Assembly: GCA_014905635.1 (NCBI GenBank)
Contig: JABVCE010000007.1
Coordinates: forward strand, 372,001 to 436,000
DNA: 64,000 nt
Reading direction: 5' to 3'
Origin: Scenedesmus sp. PABB004
Taxonomy: Eukaryota
The notes beneath the pieces were generated by a model. It worked only from the letters and a program-made list of their open reading frames with translations, ran no database searches and was not told the DNA's origin. The stretch's first letter is position 1. The number at the start of each line of letters is the position of its first letter. Of this stretch, positions 13,271 to 30,210 are shown one piece after another. The position numbers and the translations under genes were made by a program.

Positions 13271-13720
13271 CCGCGGGCCGCGCGCTCGCGCCGCCGGACG
13301 AGGTCGCCGCGGTCGGCCGCCAGGGCGCGCGCCTGGGCGGCGCGTGCGCGAGCCTCACGAGCCGCCTGCGCGCGCTGCAGGACGGCCTCGCCCGCCTGCG
13401 CGGCTGACGGGCGACGGCGGCCCAGGCGCGGCGGGCCGGCTAGCGGCCGAGCGGCGGCGCGCGCGAGTGCAGCGGCCGCCCGCGTGGTCGCCCGTGCCGT
13501 GTGACCGAAGCGTCCTGCGCGCCGCGGTGCGCCGCGCGGCTGGCGGCGCCGCGAACAATGGCCGCGCCGCCGCCGGCAGTCGCGCGGGCGGTCGGTTGGC
13601 CAGCGAGGCCGTCACGGCGGCGGCGGTCGCGACCACAGCCGGCCGCGCGCCCGCTGCCCCGCCCACACCGCCACAACCGCCGCGCTGCAGTCGCGCTCCC
13701 CGCAGCCGCCCGCGCCGCCG
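13271..13720. repeat. Inverted duplication, copy B (partner at 6892-7356)
   Basis: Starts about 15 nt after the PDCD2L stop and ends about 50 nt before the thiolase ATG. Confidence 0.92.
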
Positions 13721-13769
13721 ACGCGCGTCCAACTCGCTTGCGAGCTCGTGCGTGCCCCACCCGGCGGCC

Positions 13770-16521
<2,752 letters not shown>

Positions 16522-16640
16522 GGCGGCGGCGGCGCGCAAAGCACGCGCGCGCGGGGCGCGCGCGGCGGCTGTGGCGGCTGCGTGAGCGGGGGGGCGGGCG
16601 GCTCGGACGACTGCGCGTGCGTGGCTCAATTTTGGTGTAT

Positions 16641-16645
16641 TGTAA
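16641..16645 (+). promoter_or_regulatory. TGTAA polyadenylation signal (thiolase)
   Basis: Chlorophyte-type TGTAA in an AT-rich patch 120 nt after the thiolase stop. Confidence 0.65.
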
Positions 16646-16707
16646 TGATGTTATCAGTCGTCGCCCGATCACGATCACGCGAGACGCTGCCCCCTGCTCA
16701 CACTGGG

Positions 16708-19651
16708 TCACGCCCACGCCTGGCCGCCACCGCCCAGCGCCGCGCGCAGCGCGGCCGCCGCCGCCGCGCCCTCGCTGTCGTCTCCGCCGGCAGGGGCGTC
16801 GTCGCCGCCCGCACAGAACGCGGCGGGCTCGCCGTCCAGCACGGGCAGGGCCGGCCCCGTGGGCAGCGGCGCCTCGCCCCAGCTGCCGCGCCGGCGCGCG
16901 CCCGCGCGGCCGCCCGCGGCCGGCGCGCCGCCGACCGCGCGCGCGGCGGGGCGCGGCCGCCCCTGGACATGGGCCTTGTAGTATGCTCCCAGCAGCAGCT
17001 GCGGGCGGCGGTGGCGGTGGCGCGGGCGGGCAGGGCAGGGGTCAGCCCGGCTGGCTGACGGCGGGGCGCACCCCCGCCCCCACCCACCCCTGCAGCCCCG
17101 CCGCACCTCGAGCTGGTCGGGGTTGAGCGCCCGCGGCGCCACGTCGGCGGTGCTCGCGTCGCTGCCCGCGCCGGGCGGCCAGAACGGGCTGCCGATGGGG
17201 CTGCTCGGCAGGTCGAGCGCGAGCGCGAGCGCGCCCTCGCCGCCGTGCGGGCTGCGCGGCGCGGCCGAGCCGGTGGACGCGCTGTACGCGCTGCCGGCGC
17301 CGCCCGCCGCGGCGGCGGCGCTCGCCTCGACCACCCAGCGGCCGAAGCTGTCGCTGGCTGCGAAGGGCGCGGCCTCGCCGCCGCGCGCCGCGCCCGCCGC
17401 AGCGGGCGGCGGCGGCAGCGCGTCGACCCACGGCGTCGTGCTGGCGGTGCCGATGCGGCTGCTCGCGCACGACCCGGCGCCGGCGGGCGCGCGGCGCGCG
17501 CGTAGCGGCGAGCCAATGGCGCCGCCGTGCACGCCGGCGGGCGGCGCCTTCACGTGCAGGCCGGCGAGCACGGGCCACTGCGCCGCGGGGCCGCCGCCCG
17601 CAGCCGCGAGGCCCCGCGCCGCCTCCTCCCGCCGCGCCGCGGCCGCCTGGCGGCGCGCACGCCGGCGCGCGCCGCACGCGCTGAGGCAGCTCGCGACCTG
17701 GCGCCGCGCGCAGAGCAGCAGCATCACCAGCAGCAGCCCGCCGCCGACGCCGCCGGCGATGATTATGCCCGCGAGCGCCGCGTCGGCGCTGGCGCCGCCC
17801 GGCGCCGCGCCGTCCTCGGCGTCGTCGGCGTACGCGGGGCGCACGCTCACGCCGCCCGGCGCGAGCGGCACGCCCGCGCCGGCGAGGCGGTGGCAGAGCT
17901 CCGCGCCCGCGCCGGCGGCGCAGCCGGCGGCCGCGGCCGCGGCGGCGTCGAGCGCGGGCTGGGCGAGCCGCCGCGCGGCGACGCGGGGGTCGGCGGTTGG
18001 CAGGCTGAGCTGCACGTCGACGACCGGCGCCGCCGCCTGGAGCAGCAGGCGGCGCGCGGCGAGCCGGGCCGAGAGGCGCGCGCGCGCCCACTGCTCCGCG
18101 GGCGTGCCGGAGAGCTGCGCGGCGACGCCCGTCGCGGTGGGAAGCCACAGCGCGCGGAACCTGGCCGGCGTCAGCCCTGGCCCTGGCGAGGGGCGGGCGG
18201 GCGCGGCGGCGGGCGCGGTCAGGGTCGCGCCGGAGCAGGCAGAACTTGGCCGCCGGCGGCGGGCGCGCACCGGTTGCAGCGAACGCGACCGTGACAACCT
18301 CAAGCTCGGCCGGCGCCGGCGACGCGGTCGGCGCGCTCGCGGCGGCCGCCGCAGGCGCGGCCGCGGCGGCCGCGGGCGCCGCGACGGCCTCCCGCTCCAC
18401 CACCTGCTCGCTCGCAGGCAGCGCCACGTCGGTCGGCAACGGCCCATCGAGAGGTGCCGCGGGCGCGGCCGGGTCTGCGGCCGACGGCTCCGCGGCGGCG
18501 CCGGTGCCGGCGCCGGGCGCGGCGGCGGCGCCACCGTCGGTGGTGGGCTCCGAGCCCGCGGCGCCCTCGTCGGGCGTGGAGGTGCCCGGGTCGGCGAGCG
18601 GCTCGTCCGCGGCGCCGGGCATGACCGCGGGGGCCGCCGCGGGCGCGGCCGCGGGCGCGGCAGCGGGCACGGCCGTGGGCGCGACCGTGGGCGTCGGGGC
18701 GCCCGGCGCGGCCTTGATGCTGCGGCGCTTCCTGTCGTCCTGTCGCTCGCCCAGCAGCCGGCGCATCACGGCAAAGCCGCCAGCGCGCATGGCCGCGCGG
18801 CCGGCGCCCCACTTGGCGGCGGCGCCGCGCGCCGCCCAGGCGGCGGCGGCGGCGGGCGACGCCTCGGGGCGCTCCGCGAGGGCGTCTGGCGCGGGCGCCC
18901 CCGCCGCGCCGCCCGCACTGACGGCCAGCGCGGCGAGGCCGCCCGGCAGCGCCGCGTCGGCGGCCTCCAGCAGCGCCCCAAGCTCGACCGGGGCGCCGTC
19001 CAGGTCGAGCTCGAGGGCCGAGAGCAGGTCGGCCAGCTCCGCCAGCGCCCCCGCGCCACCACCGGGGGTGGGAGTCGTGGCCGCGGGGGCAGAGCGGCCG
19101 AGCGCCGCCGAGGCGGGCGCGGATGGAGAGGGGGGTGCCCAGGCAAGGCTGAGCAGCGCGGCCGCCGCGTCGAGGCCGTCCGCGCGCTGCACGTCCCCCG
19201 GCGACGCGAGCGGCGCCGGCCACGCGCGGCGCAGCGCCGCGGCCGCGGCCGCGAGCAGGGAGCCGGGGCGCAGCGCGCTCGCGTTGCCGGCGGCGGCGAG
19301 CCCGGCGCGGCCGGCGAGCACAAAGGGCTCCTCGCCCAGCAGCAGCTCGCCGAGCGCAGTGGCGGGGATAGGGACAGCGTCCTGGGCGACCAGGGCCGCG
19401 TCGGCGTCGTCAGCGATCGGCCAGGGATCGACGAAGCCCCAGTCGTAGGTGAGCGGGGCGGTGGCGGCGTCGACGGTGGGGAGGAGGAGCGGCGGGTTCA
19501 TGGCGAGGAGCGCCTCGGGAGCGGCGCCGCGCTGCGCTGGCGCCGCGCTGCCGGTCGCGGCGGCCTCCTCGTCCTCTGCGGGGCTGGCGACGACGGCGTG
19601 AGATGCCAGGAGCAGCGCCAGCAGCGCCAGGGCGCCCAGGGGCGGCCGCAT
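16708..19651 (-). CDS. Unknown type-I membrane protein, multi-exon
   Basis: Signal peptide MRPPLGALALLALLLASHAVVA, a Pro/Ala/Thr-rich linker, and TM segment ALAGIIIAGGVGGGLLLVMLLLC followed by basic residues. Confidence 0.6.
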
Positions 19652-20117
19652 CGCGGCGAACGCCGCTGCGGCGCGGGCGCTGCTGGAGCTGGCCACGAGG
19701 CGGGCGCGGGGGGTCGAGCCTGCGGGATACAGCATGGTACGGGCGCGGCGCGTCAGCTCGCAAGCGCGCGCGGGCGGGCGCGGCGCGGGCGGGGCGCGGG
19801 GAGCTCGCCGGGCGCCCGCCATTGCCGGGCGCCTCGCGCGCGCAGCGCGAGCCGCCAGGCCGCCCCGACCAGCCCCCGAGCGCCTATGAGTGTCTGAGTT
19901 GTAACTACACAGCGCGCGGCCGAAGAGGGCTCACCTGACGAGGGCAGCTGCAGCAGCAGCGCGCGGCCGGCGCGAGGCGTGGAGGGCCGGGGAGGGGGAG
20001 GCGTGGGGAGGTGGCGTGGTGATGAGGAGTGGAGTGGAGCGGCGCCGGGCGCGCGTGGATGCCATGGTGAGCGGCCGCGTCGTTGTCAGAGCTGGGGCGC
20101 CCGGTCGGCTGCCCGCG

Positions 20118-21705
20118 TCAGCCACGCTCGGCGCCGCGCCCCCCGCAGCGCGCCGCGCGCGCCGCCACGGCGCGCGCCACCAGGCGCGGCGTGTCGGTGA
20201 CCACGCCCGCGACGCCCAGGTCCAACAGCCGGCGCAGCTCGGCGGGGCCGTCGGCGCCCCAGGCGAACGCCGACGTGCCGCGCGCCGCGAGCGCGGCAAG
20301 CAGCGGCGGCGACAGCAGGCGGTGGAACACCGCGGCGACCTGGGCAGCGGCGGCCGACGGCAACGCTCGTGGCGCTCCCGCCAGTCGGCCGGCAGGCTTG
20401 CGGGGCCGCGCAGGGGCGCGCGAGCACCGCGCGCCGCGCACACCTCGAGCCCCTCCGTGCCTGGCCGCAGCGCGTCGTCGTACGCGGGCCGCCCGCTGCC
20501 GGCGCCGCCGCCAGACATGACAGCGTAGCCCGCCGCCAGCCGCGGGTTGAGCTGCGCGCGCGTGCGTGCGGGCGGGCGTCGCAGCGCGCGCGGTGCGGCG
20601 GCGCCGAGCAGCCGCGGGCCGCGCGCCTCGGCGCGCGCCGCGCCTGCTTGACGAGCCGCGCCGCGGCGTCAGACTTGCCCCAGACGACGCACTGCGGGCA
20701 GCCGCCAGGCAGTGCGGCCGCGAGCGCCGCGAGCGCCGCCTCGGCCACCGCGGCGTGCTCCGGCGCGCGCGTGCCGTTGGGCAGGCGCGCGAGCTGCGGC
20801 GGCCGGCAGGCGCGCAGCGAGGCGCCGCTCAGCCGACGGACGCAGCAGCGCCGGCTCCTGGCCTTAACAGGCGGTGCGCGCTCAACAAAAGCCACAGCAC
20901 ACGCCGCCGCCGCCGCCGCCGCCGCCGCGGCGCACCTCGCCCGTCGCGCCGGTCTTCAGGTCGATCACGAGCCGGCCGACGCGGCGCGCCACGGCGGCGA
21001 GCGCGGCCGCCGCGCACAGCACGCGCTGCCCGCCCGGCCAGGCCGCCGCCTCGAGCTCCGCGAGCGTCGCGTCGCGCACGCGCGCGCCGCACACGCGCAG
21101 CAGCGCCGCGGCGTCGCGGTCGTGGAGCGCCACGGCGTGGCCGTCTGCGGTAAGGGCGAGGTCGAGCTCCAGGCAGTCGGCGCCGCCCTTGAGGGCTGCC
21201 GCGAACGCGGCCAGCGAGTTGGGCGGCGCGCCGGCGGTCGTGTCGCCGCCGTGCGCGCACACCCAGGGCGGCCGCGCCTGCGCGCGCGGCGGCGGCCAGG
21301 GCATCCGTGTTGCTGGTGCTGGCATTGGACTTGGCACCCCACACTGGCTACCAGGCCTGAGGGGGGGCTGCCAGGGGTCGGGGCGGCAGCACGGGGGCGC
21401 CGCACCAGGGCGCAGAAGGCTCGCGACGGCGGGGCGCGCACGAACGCGAACTCAGCTATCCAGGGGAGCGCCAGCGGGAGCAGGGCCGCTGCGGCCGCGA
21501 TCAGCACGCCCACCAGAGCTGCCGCCGGCCCAGCGCGCGCGCCGGCCCAGCGCGGCCGCCGCTGCTGCTGCCGGCCCAGCTGCTGCCGGCCCAGCGCGGC
21601 CGCCGCTGGGTCAGGCCGCGCGTGCTCGCCACGGGATCGAGTATGGTCCGCTTGCTCGTCCCTGCGCGACGCACGAGCGGCAGCGGGCCCGCGGCGGCGC
21701 TGCAT
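20118..21705 (-). CDS. Glycerophosphodiester phosphodiesterase (GDPD) family protein, multi-exon
   Basis: N-terminal TM, then VCAHGG...PPNSLAAF...ADCLELDLALTADGHAVALHD, VIDLKT and a C-terminal GVAGVVTDTP. Confidence 0.85.
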
Positions 21706-21849
21706 CGCCGCTGCCGCGTCGACGAGCCGCAGCGCCGCGGAGCGCTGATGCCCCGGTGCATCGGCTGCTTGTGGGGGCCGCCCAGCGGGCGCAACGCCAG
21801 AGGCCCTTGACATTACCAGCGCGGCGCCCCAGCGCCGAGACCCTGCGGT

Positions 21850-23529
21850 TCAGCGCAGCAGCGCGTGCTTGCCGGCCGACGCGCCCCCGCCGCCGCCGCC
21901 GGCGCCGCCGGGGCGCCGCGCCTCCTCGACGTCGCGCAGCGCGAGCTGCAGCTGCACGCCCGCGAAGCACGCGAGCAGCACGGTGCCCGCGAAGTGGGGC
22001 GTGCCGAGGAGCTGCGCGACAAAGGGGCGCACGCCGTCGAGGCCGAGGACAAAGCCGACCATGTTGGCGGCGATGAGCAGCACCACGTTGGCCGCCGCCG
22101 CGGCCGCCGCCGCGTAGCGGAACGCGCGGCCGCGCTTGTCGGGGAAGCACCAGCGCTGCGCGCCGAGCCACTTGACCGCCATCTCCGGCGCAAACGCGGC
22201 GGCCATGAGCCACGCCCAGCCGAGCAGGCGGGGCTCGAGGTCGTGCCACGCGGCGACAAACGTGAAGATCGGCCACACGTTGACCGCGCGCCAGCGCGCG
22301 CCGCCGAGCGGGAGGTACAGGTAGCGCACGAGCCACTGGTTGAACGACGCGTGCCAGTGGCGCCAAAAGCCCATGATGTCGTGGTTGTTGCAGATGCAGC
22401 GCTCCATGTTCTCGGGCGCGTCCACGCCGTCGGCGAGGGCCGCGAGGCGGAAGAAGCGCCATATCGCGGCGAACTTGAGCCAGAACAAAATCATGGCCCA
22501 CCAGGGCACGAGGACCATGTCGAGCGGCGGCAGCGCGGCCACGCCCTCGGCCGCCGCGAGCGGCGCCCACAGGCGGCCGCGCACGACGGCCATGAACCAG
22601 AGCCGCGACGAGAGCGCCTCGAGGCACGCCCACACGCCCGCCGCGCGCGCGGCGTAGCGCAGGACCGCGCGTGCGTCGAGCCACGCCGCGGGCGCGGACA
22701 GCTGGCTCGCCCACGCGTTGAAGGGCAGCGTGGGGCCCGCGATGTACAGGGGCGGGTAGAGGCAGTACGCCAGGTAGGAAGCCAGGCAGTACGCTCCAGG
22801 CGGCTGCCACAGCTCCGACCGCGTGCGCAGGTCCTGCCCCGGCGACGGCGGCGCGTCGGGCGGCAGCCCGCGCGCGCGCCCCGGCGCGCGCGTCGCCGCC
22901 CAGCGCAGGTCGGCGGCGTAGCTGATCATGCGCAGGAGCAGCAGGTTGTAGTGGATGTGCCAGCGCAGCAGGCCGCGGTGCGCGTCGAGCGGCGCGAGCG
23001 CCGGCGACAGCGAGCCAAAGGGCAGGCCCTCGGTCACGCGCACGGCGAGGAAGGTCCCGCAGTGCCACGCCCACACGAGCGCGAGGCCGTGGCGCCAGCG
23101 CACGCTCACGCGCGCGAGGGCGTAGCCCGCGAGCGACAGCGCAAGCACGTAGGCCGCCGCGACGCCGTGCAGCGCGGCCTGGAAGGCGAGCCCGGCGGCG
23201 ACGTAGAAGCCCAGCCGCGCGCGCGGCGCAAACGCGCGCACCGCGCGCGACGCGGCGACGAAGCCGCCGAGCGCCGCCGCGAGCAGCGGCGCGGAGCCGC
23301 GGAAGTCTCGCCACTGCGCGTCCGAGAGGTCGACGGCGCCGCCCCACCACGCGGGCCGCACGCCCGGCACCGGCACGCGCGCCGCGACGAGGCGGTCACA
23401 GAAGCGCGCGCCCTGGAGCGTGAGGACGGCCAGGAAGTAGAGCACGAGCGCCAGGTAGGCCCCCAGCTCGACCGGGTGCAGCACGGTGCGCCGCTGCTGC
23501 GCGGCCATCGCGGCGGCCTTGCTGCCCAT
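21850..23529 (-). CDS. MBOAT O-acyltransferase, GUP1/HHAT-like; single exon
   Basis: 559-aa ORF with DLSDAQWRDFR, LRMISY, YPPLYIAGP, PENM, FWRHWHASFNQWLVRYLYLPLGG and FTFVAAWHD. Confidence 0.93.
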   Translation of the reverse strand: MGSKAAAMAAQQRRTVLHPVELGAYLALVLYFLAVLTLQGARFCDRLVAARVPVPGVRPAWWGGAVDLSDAQWRDFRGSAPLLAAALGGFVAASRAVRAFAPRARLGFYVAAGLAFQAALHGVAAAYVLALSLAGYALARVSVRWRHGLALVWAWHCGTFLAVRVTEGLPFGSLSPALAPLDAHRGLLRWHIHYNLLLLRMISYAADLRWAATRAPGRARGLPPDAPPSPGQDLRTRSELWQPPGAYCLASYLAYCLYPPLYIAGPTLPFNAWASQLSAPAAWLDARAVLRYAARAAGVWACLEALSSRLWFMAVVRGRLWAPLAAAEGVAALPPLDMVLVPWWAMILFWLKFAAIWRFFRLAALADGVDAPENMERCICNNHDIMGFWRHWHASFNQWLVRYLYLPLGGARWRAVNVWPIFTFVAAWHDLEPRLLGWAWLMAAAFAPEMAVKWLGAQRWCFPDKRGRAFRYAAAAAAAANVVLLIAANMVGFVLGLDGVRPFVAQLLGTPHFAGTVLLACFAGVQLQLALRDVEEARRPGGAGGGGGGASAGKHALLR

Positions 23530-23911
23530 CGCCGCGCCCGGCGGACACCCTCACATGCTGACCCTCGCGGCTCCGGCGCTGGCCGGGGCAGGCGCCGCGG
23601 CCAGCAGGGCGCGGCGGCGTGCGACCAGCGGCGGCGCAGCTGCTGACGGCAGCGCTTCGACCGCACGGCGCGTGCGCAGGCGGGGCGACCTGGCGAGCGG
23701 GTTGCGGGCTGCGTGTGCGGTGGCCGATCGCACTGGGCCGGGCAAAGCAGTCGCGTGGCGCGCCCGCCAACCGCCGCGCCCGTCACATCGTCAAGTGACG
23801 GCGCCGTCCGCGAAATCGCGCCTTGCGCCACCGCCGCCCGAATAAATCGCTGCCGGCGCCGGCGGCCCAATGCGGGCCGGCGCGGTGCCCCCGGCCCAGC
23901 GCGGGCAGCCC

Positions 23912-27892
<3,981 letters not shown>

Positions 27893-28407
27893 GGCCAGCG
27901 CGCCGGCGGGCGCGGGCCGCGCGCGGCGGGCGCGCGCCGGCGGCGCAGCAGCGGCGCGTGCGGCGGCGGGCGCCGCGCGGCGCGCGCAGGCGGGGCCGCC
28001 GCGGCGGTGGCTCAGGCGCTCGGCGGGCACGGCGTGCATCCAGGCGCGCCCATGGCCGGGGCGCGGGCGGGCGGGCGGGGGCCTGGCGGGCGCTGGCGGG
28101 CGGGTGGCAGCAGGCCCGCTCCCGGCGCGTGGTGGGGCTGTCGGACCGGGCTGTGACACAGCTGGGTGGAGCGACCGGATCGCGCTGAAAGCCTGTGTGC
28201 ACGCACGGGCGCTGGCGAGGGCTGTGCTGGGCGTGGCGGGGGCGATCGTGTTGTTGTCGCGGTGCTGTTCTCCCGCGGTTTTATGCGTGCCCTCCTGCGT
28301 CCGCCGCCGGTCGCGCAGAGCCACTGCGCGACGCCCGCACCTGCCACCAGCTGCACCGCCCAGGAGCGCCCGGGGCAGGCCGCCACCAGCCCCGGCCACG
28401 CGCGACG

Positions 28408-29140
28408 ATGCTGCTGCCGACGCTGCGGGCGTCGCTGCGGCACCGGCTGCCCCTGGCGGCCCTGCTGGAGGGCAGCGCGGCGCTGCCGGCGGGCGCTGCC
28501 GCCGCGCGGGCCGGGGGCGCGGCGACGCCCACTGCTGCTGCTGCTGCCGCCAGCGGCGCGGCCGCGGCGGGCGGCGGCGCGCTTCAATTGCTGGCCCAGC
28601 CGGGCGCCTGGCCAGCGCAGCTGCTGGGGCCGCTGGCCCTCGCCCTGCGCGGCGAGGCCGCGGCGGTGCCGGCGGGTGCGGCGGAGCAGCAGCAGGCGCT
28701 GCGGCGGCACCTGGACGCGCTGCAGCGGCAGCTCCTGTCGTCCGCTCCGCTGGGCCAGCCGCGAGAGCAGCCGCACGGGCAGCCGCTGGGGCAGCCGCCG
28801 GCGCCGGCGCCGGAGCCAGGCGCGGCGCTGCCGCCGGCCGGCGCGTCGCTGCCGCTGCCGCTGCTGTGCATCAAGCGGACGTACCAGCCGCACCCACGGC
28901 GCTACAAGCGCAAGCACGGCTTCCTCAAGCGGTGCGCGCGCGCTGCCGCGGGCGCCGGGCGCTGCCGCGGGCGCCGCGCGCTGCGGCCGGCGGGCCGGCG
29001 GCGCGCCCGCGCACGCGCCCCCGCTGGGCGCTCAGCGCGCTGCCGCCGCCGCCCGGCCGGCGCGCAGGATGTCGACGCGCAGCGGCCGCGACATCATTCG
29101 GCGGCGCATGGCCAAGGGCCGGCAGCGGCTCAGCGCGTGA
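28408..29140 (+). CDS. Organellar (probably mitochondrial) ribosomal protein bL34 with a long N-terminal extension; exons 28408-28931 and 29068-29140
   Basis: [43 protein letters not shown] is the L34 signature. Confidence 0.92.
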
Positions 29141-29191
29141 GCGGCGTGCGCCGGTAACAACGCCAGGCCCGCGCGCCCCCGCGCCGCCGCG

Positions 29192-30051
29192 CTAGCCGCC
29201 CCTGGGCGCCGCGCCGCGCGCCGCGCGCGGGTCGCGGCTGCCGCCCTGCGCGCGCAGCGCGCGCACGTACGCCCTGCCGCGGCTGAGCCGCGTGCGCGCG
29301 AGCTCGTGGAGGTAGGCCCACGTGTAGAGCCCGGTCGAGTGCAGGTCGTCAAAGCTTATCCTGCAAGGCACAGGGCCGGCCGGCCGGCGCGGGTGGGCGG
29401 CGCTCCGCAGCGCGGCGCAGCGCCGCGCCGCGCCGCGCGGCGCCCCGCACCGCACGGCGTAGCTGCCCACGAGCTCCAGGCCCATGATGCCGACATGCCG
29501 CCGCCCCGCCGGAACCTGGGGCGAGCGCGGGTCGGTGGGGCGCCGCGGCGCGTGCGGCTGCCGGCGCGCGCGTGTGCGCGCTGCCCGCCGCCGCGCCTTT
29601 GCGTTGCTGCCGGGCGAGCAGTTCTCGGCCGACGGGCTGCACACGCGCAGCAGCTCCGCCGAGAAGCGGCGCGTCGAGCCGTCCGAGAAGTCCACCTCCA
29701 GCACCTGCGGCGGCGGGAGAGGGGTGGACGGCGGTCTCGCGGCAGCGGTGGCGGCGCCGCGCGGCAGCAGCAGCCCGCCCCGCCGACACGCCGCTGCCGC
29801 GCTGCTGCCAGCCCTCTGACGCGCCCACGAGCCTCTCGCCGCGCCTTTTCTTTCCGGTGGAGGTGCAGCGCCGTGACCGCGATCGCCGCCGGCGCCGCTG
29901 GTGGCCGCTGCACCGCTGCTGCTGCTGGTGCGCCCGCCGCCGGGTGCTGCTGCTGCTCCGCTGCGGTCGAGAGGCCCGCCAGCAGCTGCCGCACAGCAGG
30001 GACGTGCCGCAGCGGCGCCAGGGCCGCGCGGGCTGCAGCGAGTAGGGCCAT
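29192..30051 (-). CDS. DUF971 / GBBH-like N-terminal domain protein, 4 exons
   Basis: LEVDFSDG...FSAELLRVCSPSAE, VGSYAVR-ISFDDLHSTGLYTWAYL, and an organellar presequence. Confidence 0.88.
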
Positions 30052-30210
30052 CCGGCGCAGACCGGCGCGGGACGGGCTGCGGACTGCGCTGCGACTCCTG
30101 GGACGCTGGGTGTGTGTGCAGCCCTCAACAAATTACAGTCCCACAACCAGTTTTGATCAGGGCTGACGTTTTGCGCGCGCTGGACCCTGAACCGCCCCGA
30201 ACCAGCCCGC

